Below, piece after piece: positions 34,441 to 47,009 of a DNA stretch of 64,000 nt (the stretch's first letter is position 1; the number at the start of each line of letters is the position of its first letter). Both the position numbers and the translations under genes were made by a program. Source of the stretch: Rhynchobatus australiae (Eukaryota); contig JAUZTB010000118.1 in NCBI GenBank assembly GCA_034780895.1, forward strand, positions 40,853,200 through 40,917,199, written 5' to 3'. Below the pieces are notes generated by a model. The model searched no databases. It was not told the origin of the DNA and saw only the letters and a program-made list of their open reading frames with translations.

Positions 34441-35303
34441 ATGTGTAGTGTTCACACAACCCTGTCCCCCTAACAGCGTGGCACTCCCTCCCTCAGTCCC
34501 GTCCCTTGACTGGGTGATGCTTCCTCAGTCCCATCCCTCTTACTCTCAGCTCTCAGTAACTTGATTATGTTGAATGTGAGTTTAAAAATCATCTCCTTGA
34601 TTTCTACGATTAGAAATTGAAAATACTGGAAATCCGAAATAAACGTTGAAATGCGCAATGAACAAAGATTGGTCATTTTGGTGGGAGATTTGCTGCTCCA
34701 CAAAACCACATGAAGCAAGCTCATTGCTCAGTCTGTGCTTCCCAGTTAGTGTGTCAGAACTGCTGGCAATGGATTCTTCACCTTCCTTTCACAAGTTTTA
34801 ACTTTACAGATCTGAGCTGCAAGAAATCTCTTTTTTTAATTTGATTCTCAAAAGAGATGAAATGTGTTTTACAGATTCTAACAAACGGTTAGCCAATGTT
34901 TACTGATCTGCAAGCCATTAAAACATTGATTCTGCAATTATTTTANNNNNNNNNNNNNNNNNNNNNNNNNNNNNNNNNNNNNNNNNNNNNNNNNNNNNNN
35001 NNNNNNNNNNNNNNNNNNNNNNNNNNNNNNNNNNNNNNNNNNNNNNNNNNNNNNNNNNNNNNNNNNNNNNNNNNNNNNNNNNNNNNNNNNNNNNNNNNNN
35101 NNNNNNNNNNNNNNNNNNNNNNNNNNNNNNNNNNNNNNNNNNNNNNNNNNNNNNNNNNNNNNNNNNNNNNNNNNNNNNNNNNNNNNNNNNNNNNNNNNNN
35201 NNNNNNNNNNNNNNNNNNNNNNNNNNNNNNNNNNNNNNNNNNNNNNNNNNNNNNNNNNNNNNNNNNNNNNNNNNNNNNNNNNNNNNNNNNNNNNNNNNNN
35301 NNN

Positions 35304-35490
35304 TGGAAGAACTCAGCAAGTCAGGTAGCATCAATGGAGGGACATAAACGTTTGATGTTTCAGGTCGAGACCCTTCATCAGGAAATGTCGACTGTATTTC
35401 CCTCCATAGATGCTGCCTGACCTGCTGAGTTCCTCCAGCATTTTGTGTGTGTTGCTCAAGATTCCAGCATCTGCAAAATCTCTTGTGTCT
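35304..35490. mobile_element. Palindromic Penelope-terminus-derived element; best-preserved copy, left end lost in a gap
   Basis: tggaagaactcagcaagtcaggtagcatcaatggaggga versus tccctccatagatgctgcctgacctgctgagttcctcca. Confidence 0.9.
35354..35381 (-). ncRNA. Minimal type I hammerhead ribozyme core, probably an inactive relic
   Basis: Minus strand CTGATGA-A-GGGTC-TC-GACCT-GAAAC-ATC. Conserved CUGANGA and GAAA boxes with stem II are present. Stem I is disrupted and the ACGT palindrome has decayed to ACAT. Confidence 0.7.
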
Positions 35491-36589
35491 TCATCATTCA
35501 TAATGAGTTGGAGAGACCCTGCTGAAACCAATTCTTTTATATTCTTGTGGCTGCTAATCTCTTCATGTGGGGAGAGTTGGGGGTGGGAGAAGATGAGGTA
35601 GTGTACAATCTGAAATGGGGGATTGAGCATCTACTGGACAATGATGTGCCATTCCTACAGTGTGAATGACCCTGACCCTTAATCCCCGGTGAATGATGGA
35701 GATCTAGGCACACTGAATCACTTGGGTTTGCAACTTGTTCAAGAACCGCACAGCACAGCTGGCAACCAGATGTTCCACTCATAATTTGGATGTTCTGAAG
35801 AGAAACAAAAGAAGTGTTTTGTGGGTAGAGGGGTCTGGATGTAGTTTATGATTTCGCTGCCACAGAGCAGAAGCTTGACGTGAAACAAATTGTATTCAGC
35901 TCCTGTGCAGAGAGCTTTATTAGGGCTTGTGGTACTGGAATTTCATCGTGCCTCTCTCACATCTTGAGAGCGATAACATTCACCAGCCATGTCCGATAGG
36001 GCCTAGCTCTCACATCTCTTTGCAGATCTGTGAATTTCCCACAAGATTACACTTGATTATAGAGAGAGCTAAACCAACCATGCAGGCTGTACTGGGCATT
36101 CAACTTCTCCAGGATGGGGTGACCCAGATCCCTACTGTTAATGAACTAATGAAAGCTATTGTATTGTGGATGTATTGAAAAGCCTGCTTGAGATTGTAGA
36201 TAACAAAATTCACACAGTCATATCATTAATGGACCAATAAATATGAAATAATCAAGTTGAGTGCAATAAGATTTGTGGCCCAAACAGCTCAGAAGGTAAG
36301 CAGAAGTTTCCTTAGGCTGCATTTCTTGCAGCAGAACTTGTTGGGAATGAAAATAGGATAACATATTCTGTTGCATACTTGCATCATTACAGTGCTTGAA
36401 GAGCCACTTTGTCATCATCGTTCTCACATCCACTAATCCACAGCAGTGAGCAGTGATCCTATTTATGTTTCATGAACAGTGAACATTGGCCAATGGGATC
36501 TAAGTGCAAAGGGATAGTCTGCATAAATCAGTTTTCAAGAGGCGTGTCAATTCTAGTCTTAGCCAGAGCACTGACTCTCCAGTCTGATA

Positions 36590-36850
36590 CCTTGTCCCAA
36601 ATCTACTTTTTGAACCCCTGCTTTGTTTCTACATCTATGCTCCTCTCTATCTTTTTGACCTTCTTCAACAATCCTTCAGTATCTGTGCTCTTTGAATTCT
36701 GATCTCTTGATTCACTGTGTTATTCCCTCCACTGCCAGAAGCCATGCCTTCAGTTGCAAAGGACATAAGCTCTGGATTCCCTCTTTCTTGGTGTTCCCTC
36801 TTAAAACCTACCTCTTTGACCAAACTCTTGATCAGCTCTCCCAATACCTC
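36590..36850 (+). mobile_element. L2-type LINE 3' remnant
   Basis: gccatgccttcagttgcaaaggacataagctctggattccct...cttaaaacctacctctttgaccaa (AFS...LWNSL...LKTYLF-type ending). Confidence 0.7.
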
Positions 36851-36990
36851 CTTGTAAATGTTGTTAGATATATTTTAAAATCAAACCACTNNNNNNNNNN
36901 NNNNNNNNNNNNNNNNNNNNNNNNNNNNNNNNNNNNNNNNNNNNNNNNNNNNNNNNNNNNNNNNNNNNNNNNNNNNNNNNNNNNNNNNNN

Positions 36991-37155
36991 CCTGTGTCTG
37001 TGTGGGTTTCCTCCAGGTGCTCCGGTTTCCTCCCACATTCTAAAGACATATGGGTAGGTTAATTTAGGGTTTAAAAAAAATGGGTGTCGTGGACTCGTTG
37101 GGTCGGAAGGGCCTGTTACCATGCTGTAAATAAAAAATAAATAAATAAAAAAAAA
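36991..37155 (+). mobile_element. V-SINE (HE1-like) 3' part; head lost in a gap
   Basis: V-domain gtgggtttcctccaggtgctccggtttcctcccaca, CR1-derived tail ggaagggcctgttaccatgctgta and an A-rich end. Confidence 0.9.
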
Positions 37156-38884
37156 ATTATTGCTGTGAAGGATTTAAGTAAATACTACATGTTCATATCT
37201 GTAAATACAGAAAACAACCGTAAACAACATGAATAAACAATGCTGTTTCATGTTTGACTTGGAGGTACATTGCGTTGCTCTCTTTGCAATTAGTAAAATT
37301 GAAAGGTGTTAAGAAAGCCCCATGAGCGATATCCATAATGAATATGAAGTAAAAAGACATGGCTTGCAGACATGGGGATAGTTTCTGTCCTAAAAAACTT
37401 TTGTGTTAGTGTGTCAGAAAATTGTTTGGTGCTCTTCCTTTTCCACCCCTTATTGATTTAGTGTTTATAATGCAGAGAATAATTCAAGTCGTGTTTCAAA
37501 GTCTGTTTTCAATGAGGCCCCTAACTTATTTGGCACGTGAAAGACTCTATCTCATCAGGACAATATACTAAAATTTATGTAGCCTTGCAACATTAAAATC
37601 CATCTCACTTGAGTAGATTTTACACATTTGAGTGTAGTCATTGATAATTCAACAAGCTAGGAGCAATGGAAATGATTAACTAAATCAAAGTGAACCATTC
37701 TGAAAGTATAACCAAAGCCGTCTTTACTGGGAAAAGTGTATGTACTGCATTTGCCCAAATTTTGTGTTGAGAATAACTATTGAGTAAGTTGGACTGCAAC
37801 TTAAGGCATCTACACGTACACATTTAAAAATCCACAAGCTGCTACCCCAGGTACCCTGGTTCTCCCAGTTGCTCTGTACTGTTATTTTGCTGAGAGTTAC
37901 CACCAAAATGCCTGGTGGATGAGAAGTTGCTGCACCTACCCACCAAATATGGCCAAATGCATTAAGTCTGGTGCATTCACATGTCAGTAATTTTTTTAGC
38001 AGCATTATGAATCCTAACACTTACTAAACAACTTCTCCAGCCTAGATAATTTAACTCTACAAGTGTGGTGTCTAATACGTAATTATTGTTTGAGATTCAA
38101 GAAACAACATATTTCCTAGCTTTTATTCCTTTCTTGATCCTACCTTACATTCCCTCTTTTTATGTTGCTTTCTGAACATGAATTAAATATAATTTATACT
38201 TTGTTCTTTACCCTTCCTGGTTTAGACTCAGCATGTCTCCAAGGATTCATTGATCTGATTGGTTGAAGAGCCTTGCTTGAGCTTTTTTCTGCTCATGTGC
38301 ACCACATGTTCCCTGCAGGGGGCAATGTGCTGTTTCAGCCTCCCAATAAAAGCCAGCTGCTGCTCAACAGCCCGAGGGAGTCGGCACCATGCAGAGAGGG
38401 CTGCTCCTTCACCGCTGGCTGCAAAACCACCCATGTGTTTTGAAAGCACATCTGTAAATATTTTCAAGACATTCTAACACTTTCTACAATACATATGACA
38501 TATTTCTACAGCATCCTTTTAATGTGGTAAAACAGGAGTACTAATAGACAAAAATGACATGACATTGTCACAGCAAATTTCTGCCCTACCTTATTCAGCT
38601 AAGGTACGTTGATCAATGTTAGATTTTGGCTTCAAAATGTGCAAATTTTAAATGGCCAGAGGCAATATTCAGGATGTCAGTGAGATTGTGTCAAGCATCT
38701 GAAGCACTTTAGTGAATTCATGAGGTAGCAGATGCAGTAAAATAAGACAAGAACATTTTGGACTCTTATATCACGGCCCAGATACTTTGTCTTCAAGACC
38801 TCATTATTTTAGCATGCATTTTCACATTTATGATTAAAATCTTTATTTTATAATTCATTTAGTTGGAGACACAATTACATAAAG

Positions 38885-39230
38885 CAGTCATAAAGTCTTA
38901 CAGGACAAAAACAAGCCTTTGGCCCACCAATTCCATACTGACCATCAAATACCCATTGATAATAACACCAGTTACCAACACTTGGTCTGAAGCCTACTGA
39001 CGATTCAAGTGCTCATCCAGAAACCCATAAAATGTTGGAAAGGTGTTCTAATTCTATTTCTATATTTCCCTATGATATAGAAGGAGATCATTTGACCCTT
39101 AAAGTGTCTGCCATTTCTCATAACAATCCCATTAATCCCTTTTCCCCACTTTTTTTCTCTGTAACCCATTCTCTCACACAGGCCAATTTACCCCACCATA
39201 TGCCCCACTGTGGTGCTCTGATCTGCTAGT
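38885..39230 (-). mobile_element. CR1 3' end plus SINE-tail remnants
   Basis: acaagcctttggcccacca...ttcaagtgctcatccaga; aggagatcatttgaccctt. Confidence 0.6.
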
Positions 39231-39364
39231 GTTAGATTCCAGCTTGATTAAAGACATCCATTTTCTCAACAATGACATCCTTCATGTTACTTATTGAGCA
39301 CAAAATATATTGCTATGTGAATTTTGATAATTCTACAATTGTGTGTAGTGGCCCTTTTTCACAA

Positions 39365-39641
39365 TACAGGTGACCTCATGTTGCAAGAGGTGGTGTGGGG
39401 TTTGTGTTCCTCGAAAACGGTCCGTATCTCAAATTTTCGTAACATGAAGCTGCGTCACTTGCAGATGTGTCAAAAAATGAGAATTAAAAATAATTGTGCA
39501 ATTTATTTACTTTTTTTACACATAACTTTCACAAGAGCAAATTTTGATTCCGCATCCCAGGTTTTTTGGTAGTGATTGTGAATTCCGTGAGGGTGAAATT
39601 TTCTGTTACCTGAACTGCTGTAACACAGGGGATCGCCTGTG
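39365..39641. mobile_element. Candidate Tc1/mariner (Tigger-like) non-autonomous DNA transposon
   Basis: Degenerate terminal inverted repeats ta-caggtgacctcatgttgc / gtaacacaggggatcgcctg-tg, about 275 bp, AT-rich interior. Confidence 0.5.
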
Positions 39642-42600
39642 TAATAACCACCTCCCACCCCTTCCTCTCACCCTACCACCAGATCCACCCTTCTGTGAGT
39701 TTCTCCAGCTTCCACTTAGACTTCCTGCTGCTTAACTCAACTGGCCACTGCAGAGAGGTCTCACCTGAATTCTTCAATAGATTTATTAGTGACCATCTTG
39801 TATTGATGGTCCCTTGGAGTTAATTACTTTCTAAACAAAATGCATTGGACCCTGGTTATAGAAGTTACATTTTCATTCACCTGCTCGATGGGATTGCTTC
39901 TCTACCATCAAATCCAAGAGTGCCACAGTGGAAAGGCATGGCGAGGGGCTACAAGAAGGAGCAGGAAGTGGGAGGAAAGAAAGGAAGGTGTCTAAATCGA
40001 AAGCAGTGGGGGGCGGGAAGCCAAGGATTGGGAACATGGCTGGACTTTTGACATTTCATTTGTTGCTGATGAAACTTTGATGTAGAAGTACCAATTAACA
40101 CATTCACAAGAACAAACCAAGGCATCAGTGAAATGAAATGGAAAACTTATTCCTTTTCATCTCTCACTTTAATCAGCAGAAAAAAATCACAGAATGTTTA
40201 GAAGTTAGACCTTTGCTCTTATTTCCTATATATCTCCATTCAAAGATTGGTAACTGGTATTCCTCCTGCTCCTAATGATTGTGTCTTCAAATATTCAATC
40301 TGACAGACTGTTCTGATCGACCTTCTTTTGCTATATTACTCCTTGTTTGCCCGATTCTCCATTTTCTTTAATAATATTGAGTCTTGTGTTTGTGTTATTA
40401 ATTAGAATCTTGGCATTTTTCCATTTTCTTTCAAAGCAGGAGCGACTTGTAGTCTTGTGGATTCGAAAAATTGAAGGAGGACATTTGGCCCATTGTGCCC
40501 ACCCCAACTCTATTAGCCTCATTATTTCTTCATAGCTTTCACCAGTGTCGTGGACTCACAACAAAGCAATGGCTGCTGACTTGAAGAGGAAAGAGAGATG
40601 ACAATGATGGGATTGTGAGATGTAAAACATTCTTTATCTATTGGGGAAACCACGCCTTGAGCATCCTCAACAACCTACACATTAGTCAGCTCTGTAGCAG
40701 CAAATCTGTACAGTAGAACTTCACTACCAGCGTTAGACAGCTTATTATTCTCTTGTCTTTCTTTGGATTACAATCGGCATTCTCTGGCATAGAAAAGTCT
40801 TCCCCTAAATTCAAGGTTTATGAAACTTAATTTACAAGCATAGCACACATCTGGAGCTAAAGAGAATGTGTGGGCTTCTGTGCATGTTTGTATTTTCTCA
40901 CTGGGCTCTCATACACTTCATTGCGTCCTTGTGAGCATGCAGGTCCTGTATACACAGTGGTCTGTGTATGGTTGTGTGTATTCATGCCGCTCACATAGCC
41001 CTTCTTTATTCCAATGAATTTGAGTTTTATTTTAAATTGTAATTGTTATTATTATTTGATGTATTTTTCCCTCTGCTTTACCAACAATATGCAGTGCAGT
41101 TTTCAACAGTGGTCTGAATGAGCAGCCCTCAACTGACTGAAAAGTGAAGGAAAAAAGGCTTACAGCAGAGAGTGGGCGTCTGAGCATTTAATGAGTTAAC
41201 TGAAAGAGAACTCGTCCAACAGTTCCCCACCATAGCTGGGATTAAAATCTGGTCACTCTGAGCAGTAGTGACTCCCAGACTACCGCTCAAGTCAGAAGTT
41301 CTGTGTAAATGATGCACATCACAGCTCTTGTGTAGGGCAAAGATCAGGACTGGGAGCAGGGTGGAGCTGCAGGAGGTCAGGGGGAGCAGCCACAGTTTCT
41401 CTATGCTGTGTGTCTGTGAACTGGTCTCTGGTGCACTGAGCGCAGTGTAGAGGCTTCTTGGCAGTGTTTAATGGCAGGATGATTTAGTCTGTTGTGACTA
41501 CTGCATTCCATTCAGGTTAAACCAGGGAAATGGCATTGTGTTAAAATTCCAAATCACATGAATATTTTATTGCCACATGTGTGCACAAATCTCGAGGGAC
41601 GAGGAGGTGGTGGTGGTGGGGATGAGGGTGGTGGGGTAGAGAAACAGACGAGTCAGAAACTGCAAGCAGAATACTTCCTTGGAAAATGTTACCACTGGTG
41701 CGTGAGGCTGATTTACTTTGACGGTCACTTAAGAGGATTTCACATTTCTTAACTGTGGCTGTTTAAAATCTTGCAGTTGAGACAATTAACTGCTGAAGGA
41801 AATATGACAAGACGCTTGCAAGGGACTTGGAGGGGGGGGGGGGGCGGTGGGGGNNNNNNNNNNNNNNNNNNNNNNNNNNNNNNNNNNNNNNNNNNNNNNN
41901 NNNNNNNNNNNNNNNNNNNNNNNNNNNNNNNNNNNNNNNNNNNNNNNNNNNNNNNNNNNNNNNNNNNNNNNNNNNNNNNNNNNNNNNNNNNNNNNNNNNN
42001 NNNNNNNNNNNNNNNNNNNNNNNNNNNNNNNNNNNNNNNNNNNNNNNNNNNNNNNNNNNNNNNNATTTAAAGGCAATAAAATAACAGGAATGCAAATGAA
42101 GAGATACATCAAAAATTTAAAGAAGCAAACTGAATTCATTAAGTTAAAAGTATTTAATGAATGCAATGTTTTGTATAACAGGGAATTGTTTGAAATTGGA
42201 CAAGTTTGGAATTCTCTTTGAGCTGTTGCAGAATTGGTTTTGTGAAAGTGAATAACATTTGCCTCACAATTCTCCATTTCTTTAGTGAATGTTTTGTGAT
42301 ACTTTTTTTAAGCGTGCATCCAGTTGTTTAAGTGAAACCTTGGCTTCTAAACTTTGAAAGCAGGTCTGTAAAGCAAAAGTCACTTGAGTCACTCGCTTTA
42401 CCGCAAATTGCTGCAACATTCACCATTCTTAATTTTTCCTTCAGTCGTTCCCTCTGCCCACTCCTCCCCCTCCACCCCTTATCTACTTTGATCTAACTTG
42501 GTTCTCCACTCAGTTGTTTGTCTACATGGTGCAGTATTTGTATGGCTACTTACAATATGGTATCTTTGGAGATATTCCTCACCTGTCCCAGGGTGGTTTC

Positions 42601-43589
42601 CCTGGACAAACATATCACTTTAATTGTGGTAAGGATGTTAAAGGATAATGGCTAGATGAACAGATCTCATTAATCCAATTATCCCATCTAACCAGAAGAA
42701 AGCTATTAGTCAAGAAATTGCTGGATTGGGACATCATGTAGAAGGACTCCTTTCCTCACCCTTCATTTTGAGGGGCATTTTTTTGGGAGTGAGCTGATAA
42801 TGACACATTAAATGATGATCTCAGGGATCATTTGGTAACCAAAGTGATTTAAGTTCGAAAGAAAAGTAAAAGGAGGTGAATTAGAATTTAAGGTTGGAGA
42901 AAGTGAACGGGAAAAGATTGGATAGGGAGAAGAACAGAAAGAAAGTCTCTTCAAGAACAATTAGTTAAGGAATAACGATATAATTTTCCCTCTCTGGGTT
43001 GGGAAGATTAAATGGCATAACTGGAACAGAAATCTCCTCAGTAAAAATTCCTTTTGCCGATAAGTACCATCCCTAACTTTCTGCAGGAGNNNNNNNNNNN
43101 NNNNTAAGACACACCTGCAACTTCAGGCATTTCAAATCCTTGCAGCATTTCTTCCTGGACATACATTCTGAACTTTTTGCACACCAGTAATAGTGAGTGT
43201 TAGTAGATGTGCCATTATATTGGTGGCAGACTTTCCTATCGAATATATAGGATGAAAAGAATCCAGAGTTACTACTCAGTATGTTGTGCCTTTCTGGGCA
43301 GCTTTAACTCAGCAGCTCTTGTTACTGCTGAGCATCAGCAATGTGCAGCTTTGCTTCTGTACATTGCATTGCTCTAGGGATTAATAAAGGATGGTTTGGA
43401 TGTGGAAGGAGGGTGGATGTGGCTCAGAATGTCCTTTGGGTGTCTTGCCATGCCATGCTTTCATATCATTGCATGTTTTCTTTCATTATGTTTTTGTTCA
43501 CTGAAAAGGACTGATGTTGACTTACATTCACTGCTTTGATAAGCAATGTTCCCGAAGAATATTTGAAAATCCTCAGGGTATGGGCATCT

Positions 43590-43800
43590 GAAGCAACAAG
43601 AACTTGCCTTGCAAGTGTCCTAAGATACTCTTGGGAGTCCTACAAGGAGGTGACCAAAAGCCTGTTCTGAGGTAATATTTAAGGAACATGCTGATGAATC
43701 AGAGAGACTGAGAAGTGGAAGTTTTAGAGAGGGAATTTCAGAACCTGGCACATGGCTGCCAATGGTGGAGTGATTAAAAACTGGAAATAGCCAGAACTAG
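43590..43800 (-). mobile_element. L2-type LINE 3' remnant
   Basis: ggtgaccaaaagcctg...gagagggaatttcagaac...atggctgccaatggtggag is the reverse complement of the 36.7 kb family ending. Confidence 0.6.
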
Positions 43801-46028
43801 TTGAGCATGGTGCTTCAATAAATTTGCCTGGTGTCAGGAACTCCTCTCTTCCCCACCTCACCTAATTTCTCTTTTTGTCTTTATTTTGAATGAAAACATG
43901 CAATAAAATGATTAAAAGTCAAGACTTTGCATTGTAAGTGAGATTGCAGATACAATAATTCGTCTACAAATAATGCTTCTTGCTCAGTAAGATTTTTAAT
44001 ACATTTTGCACAATTTGACCTCTTTTAGAATGCATCTGTGTGGTGACACTGCCCCTTTAAATGGGGCCACCACAAAGTTATGTCACTATTGTAGCTGGTG
44101 AAACTTTCAGTGTAGTTATGATGTCTTTGAAAGGAGGGAGATGGCCTATGGCCCATCTAGCCTTGGTCTTACCAAGAGAAGTATTTCTATCCCTTGTTGT
44201 GCTTTCACATACCCTTATGGTATAACATCTCTCGGAACAGGAAGAGGCAATTCAGTCAATCATGGATGTGCTGGCTCTTGGAAATAGCAACACATTTTAT
44301 CACACTTCCCAGTTTCTTCCCCATTGTTCAGCAAACCATCTCAGCCCTCGTCTCCAAACACTGCCTTTGGATATCCTGAAACCCTCAATACTAACACCCT
44401 TCATTAAGAATTTCTTGTAAAGCCAAACTTTTGGAAATCACCTGTATCCAAGTTTCCATTTTCATCTTTTATCTGAGATTTAATGTTCCCTGTCATCTCA
44501 GTACCAGTTGTACTAAGGTGCAATATCATGACTCAAGTCATGCAATGTCTCCACCCTACCATTGTGCCAACGGCATCTTACCAGCGTGCCGCTGCTGGTT
44601 ACAATTTGGCAACAGAGATTTGAAGTACTCTTGTGACATCATGAAATTTAATTTGAAGTAAAGTGAGGTACCACTTATTCCTGGTTGTGATGTTGCAATG
44701 ACAGATAAGGAGTGCCTCAGGTAACTATCTCCATTTGCATTTGTGCACAGCCCATACCTCTCCTTGTAATTTTGGTGAGCTGACTTCCATTTAAGGAACC
44801 TGAACATTGCTGAGTGGATAACATTCTTCAAAATATCTCCAACATGATGATGTATTCCTGAAATTAAATTTCTACCAGCCATTTGTTAAAACCTATTAGC
44901 ATCTGTCACAGATAATCACTTCACTTCTTGTACCTTTTTTTCTGGAGCATTCTTTCAAAAAAAATCATGTTCAACCTTAGTCACAATTATGATGAAAAGG
45001 TTTATGGGGTCATAAACGTAATGACCAATTGACTGTGAAGCAGAACCTATTTTATGAGCAACCTGCAGTATGTGGAGTGCACACTAGACCCTGTGGTCAC
45101 AGTAATTGTTCTGCAGACTGTTATTGTTAAGGGGTCATTTGCCTTTTATTTTTTGATTGTCTGAATTCAAAGGCTATTAAAACATCAGCTGATAAAATGA
45201 GAGGAATCCTAGTGTGTTATTTTGTCTCTGCTCCACATTAAATGGAGCATGGTNNNNNNNNNNNNNNNNNNNNNNNNNNNNNNNNNNNNNNNNNNNNNNN
45301 NNNNNNNNNNNNNNNNNNNNNNNNNNNNNNNNNNNNNNNNNNNNNNNNNNNNNNNNNNNNNNNNNNNNNNNNNNNNNNNNNNNNNNNNNNNNNNNNNNNN
45401 NNNNNNNNNNNNNNNNNNNNNNNNNNNNNNNNNNNNNNNNNNNNNNNNNNNNNNNNNNNNNNNNNNNNNNNNNNNNNNNNNNNNNNNNNNNNNNNNNNNN
45501 NNNNNNNNNNNNNNNNNNNNNNNNNNNNNNNNNNNNNNNNNNNNNNNNNNNNNNNNNNNNNNNNNNNNNNNNNNNNNNNNNNNNNNNNNNNNNNNNNNNN
45601 NNNNNNNNNNNNNNNNNNNNNNNNNNNNNNNNNNNNNNNNNNNNNNNNNNNNNNNNNNNNNNNNNNNNNNNNNNNNNNNNNNNNNNNNNNNNNNNNNNNN
45701 NNNNNNNNNNNNNNNNNNNNNNNNNNNNNNNNNNNNNNNNNNNNNNNNNNNNNNNNNNNNNNNNNNNNNNNNNNNNNNNNNNNNNNNNNNNNNNNNNNNN
45801 NNNNNNNNNNNNNNNNNNNNNNNNNNNNNNNNNNNNNNNNNNNNNNNNNNNNNNNNNNNNNNNNNNNNNNNNNNNNNNNNNNNNNNNNNNNNNNNNNNNN
45901 NNNNNNNNNNNNNNNNNNNNNNNNNNNNNNNNNNNNNNNNNNNNNNNNNNNNNNNNNNNNNNNNNNNNNNNNNNNNNNNNNNNNNNNNNNNNNNNNNNNN
46001 NNNNNNNNNNNNNNNNNNNNNNNNNNNN

Positions 46029-46486
46029 AAGCCTAATGGCATGAACATTGAATTCTCCCACTTTTAAATCCCCACACCCCTTCTCCACACCCACCCCCAA
46101 CCATGCCTCTTCCTTTCTTCCCATTTCTAGCCTATCTCTTTTTACTACCCTTGTTTTTCCTTTCTCTCCTTACCTTTGACCCATCCCCCGGTGAATCTAC
46201 TCTCCCCTTCTCCCCCACACCTGCCTATCACTATCTCTTACCTGCACCTACCCATCACCTCCCTGTGCCCACCCCGCCTCCCCTCTTTTGTCCACCTATC
46301 ACTGCTCTGCTTTTCCGTCCAATATATTGGGCTTCCCCTTTACTATCTTCAGTCCTGAATAATGGTCCTGACCCAAAATGTTGAACATCTGTTTTTCTCC
46401 ATGGATGCTGCCAGGCTTGCTGAGTTCCTCCAGCAACATAGTGTTTTTCATCTAGAGTCCAGCATCTGCAGTCCTTTGTTTCTCTC
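46029..46486 (+). mobile_element. 3' end of a Penelope-like retroelement: ORF terminus, pyrimidine-rich UTR and hammerhead-bearing terminus
   Basis: ORF ends PNGMNIEFSHF* (stop at 46065-46067), resembling the P.G.N ending of Penelope GIY-YIG domains. A C/T-rich tract follows, then cagtc-ctgaataa-tggtc-ct-gaccc-aaaatgtt (46350-46382) and the same terminal sequence as the palindromic elements. The upstream part is hidden in a gap of about 775 N. Confidence 0.8.
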
Positions 46487-46519
46487 ATTATGTGATCATC
46501 CTTTTGTTTACTCAGAATA

Positions 46520-46715
46520 ACATTGCATAAAAAGAAAAGAGCAGGAAGGAGTAGGCTACCTTGTCCCTCAAGCTGCTCCACCATTTAGTATGATCATACC
46601 CCAGGCCTTCTGTGCTAGTTCCCATAGCTCTCAATTGCCTGATCTTTCAAAAAGTTATCAACTTTCTCTTTACAGCCCCCTGGGATAGAGAATTCCAGAG
46701 ATTCATCACCCTTGT
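46520..46715 (-). mobile_element. CR1 3' remnant
   Basis: agcaggaaggagtaggc...ctgctccaccatttagtatgatcat...gatagagaattccagagattcatcaccct. Confidence 0.7.
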
Positions 46716-47009
46716 GTGGCAGGATTGCTGTATTAGAAACGTTAACATTTCTCTTTTAAGTTTTACCGGAGTCACACAAATATAAATGAAGTCATGGCAC
46801 TTTTAAATAGTTAGAAAATTGGCTTTTGCAGACTATATTTGGCAGTTTGCTTTTTTTTCTTTGCATTGTACACAGGTGGGGATAGTTTGGGGTGGGCCCT
46901 AATGAGAGTGTTATATTGTACCTATTGGAGATAGTCTTGAATGTGTACCAACACTCTGCCTGCTGTGGAGAATAACCTCCAATTGTGGGTAGGTGGGTAG
47001 CAAGCACAC

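Noticed and set aside
45177-46124. Long ORFs of 260-315 aa
   Set aside because: Made almost entirely of N-gap X residues. The same applies to ORFs across the gaps at 34.9, 41.8 and 49.5 kb.
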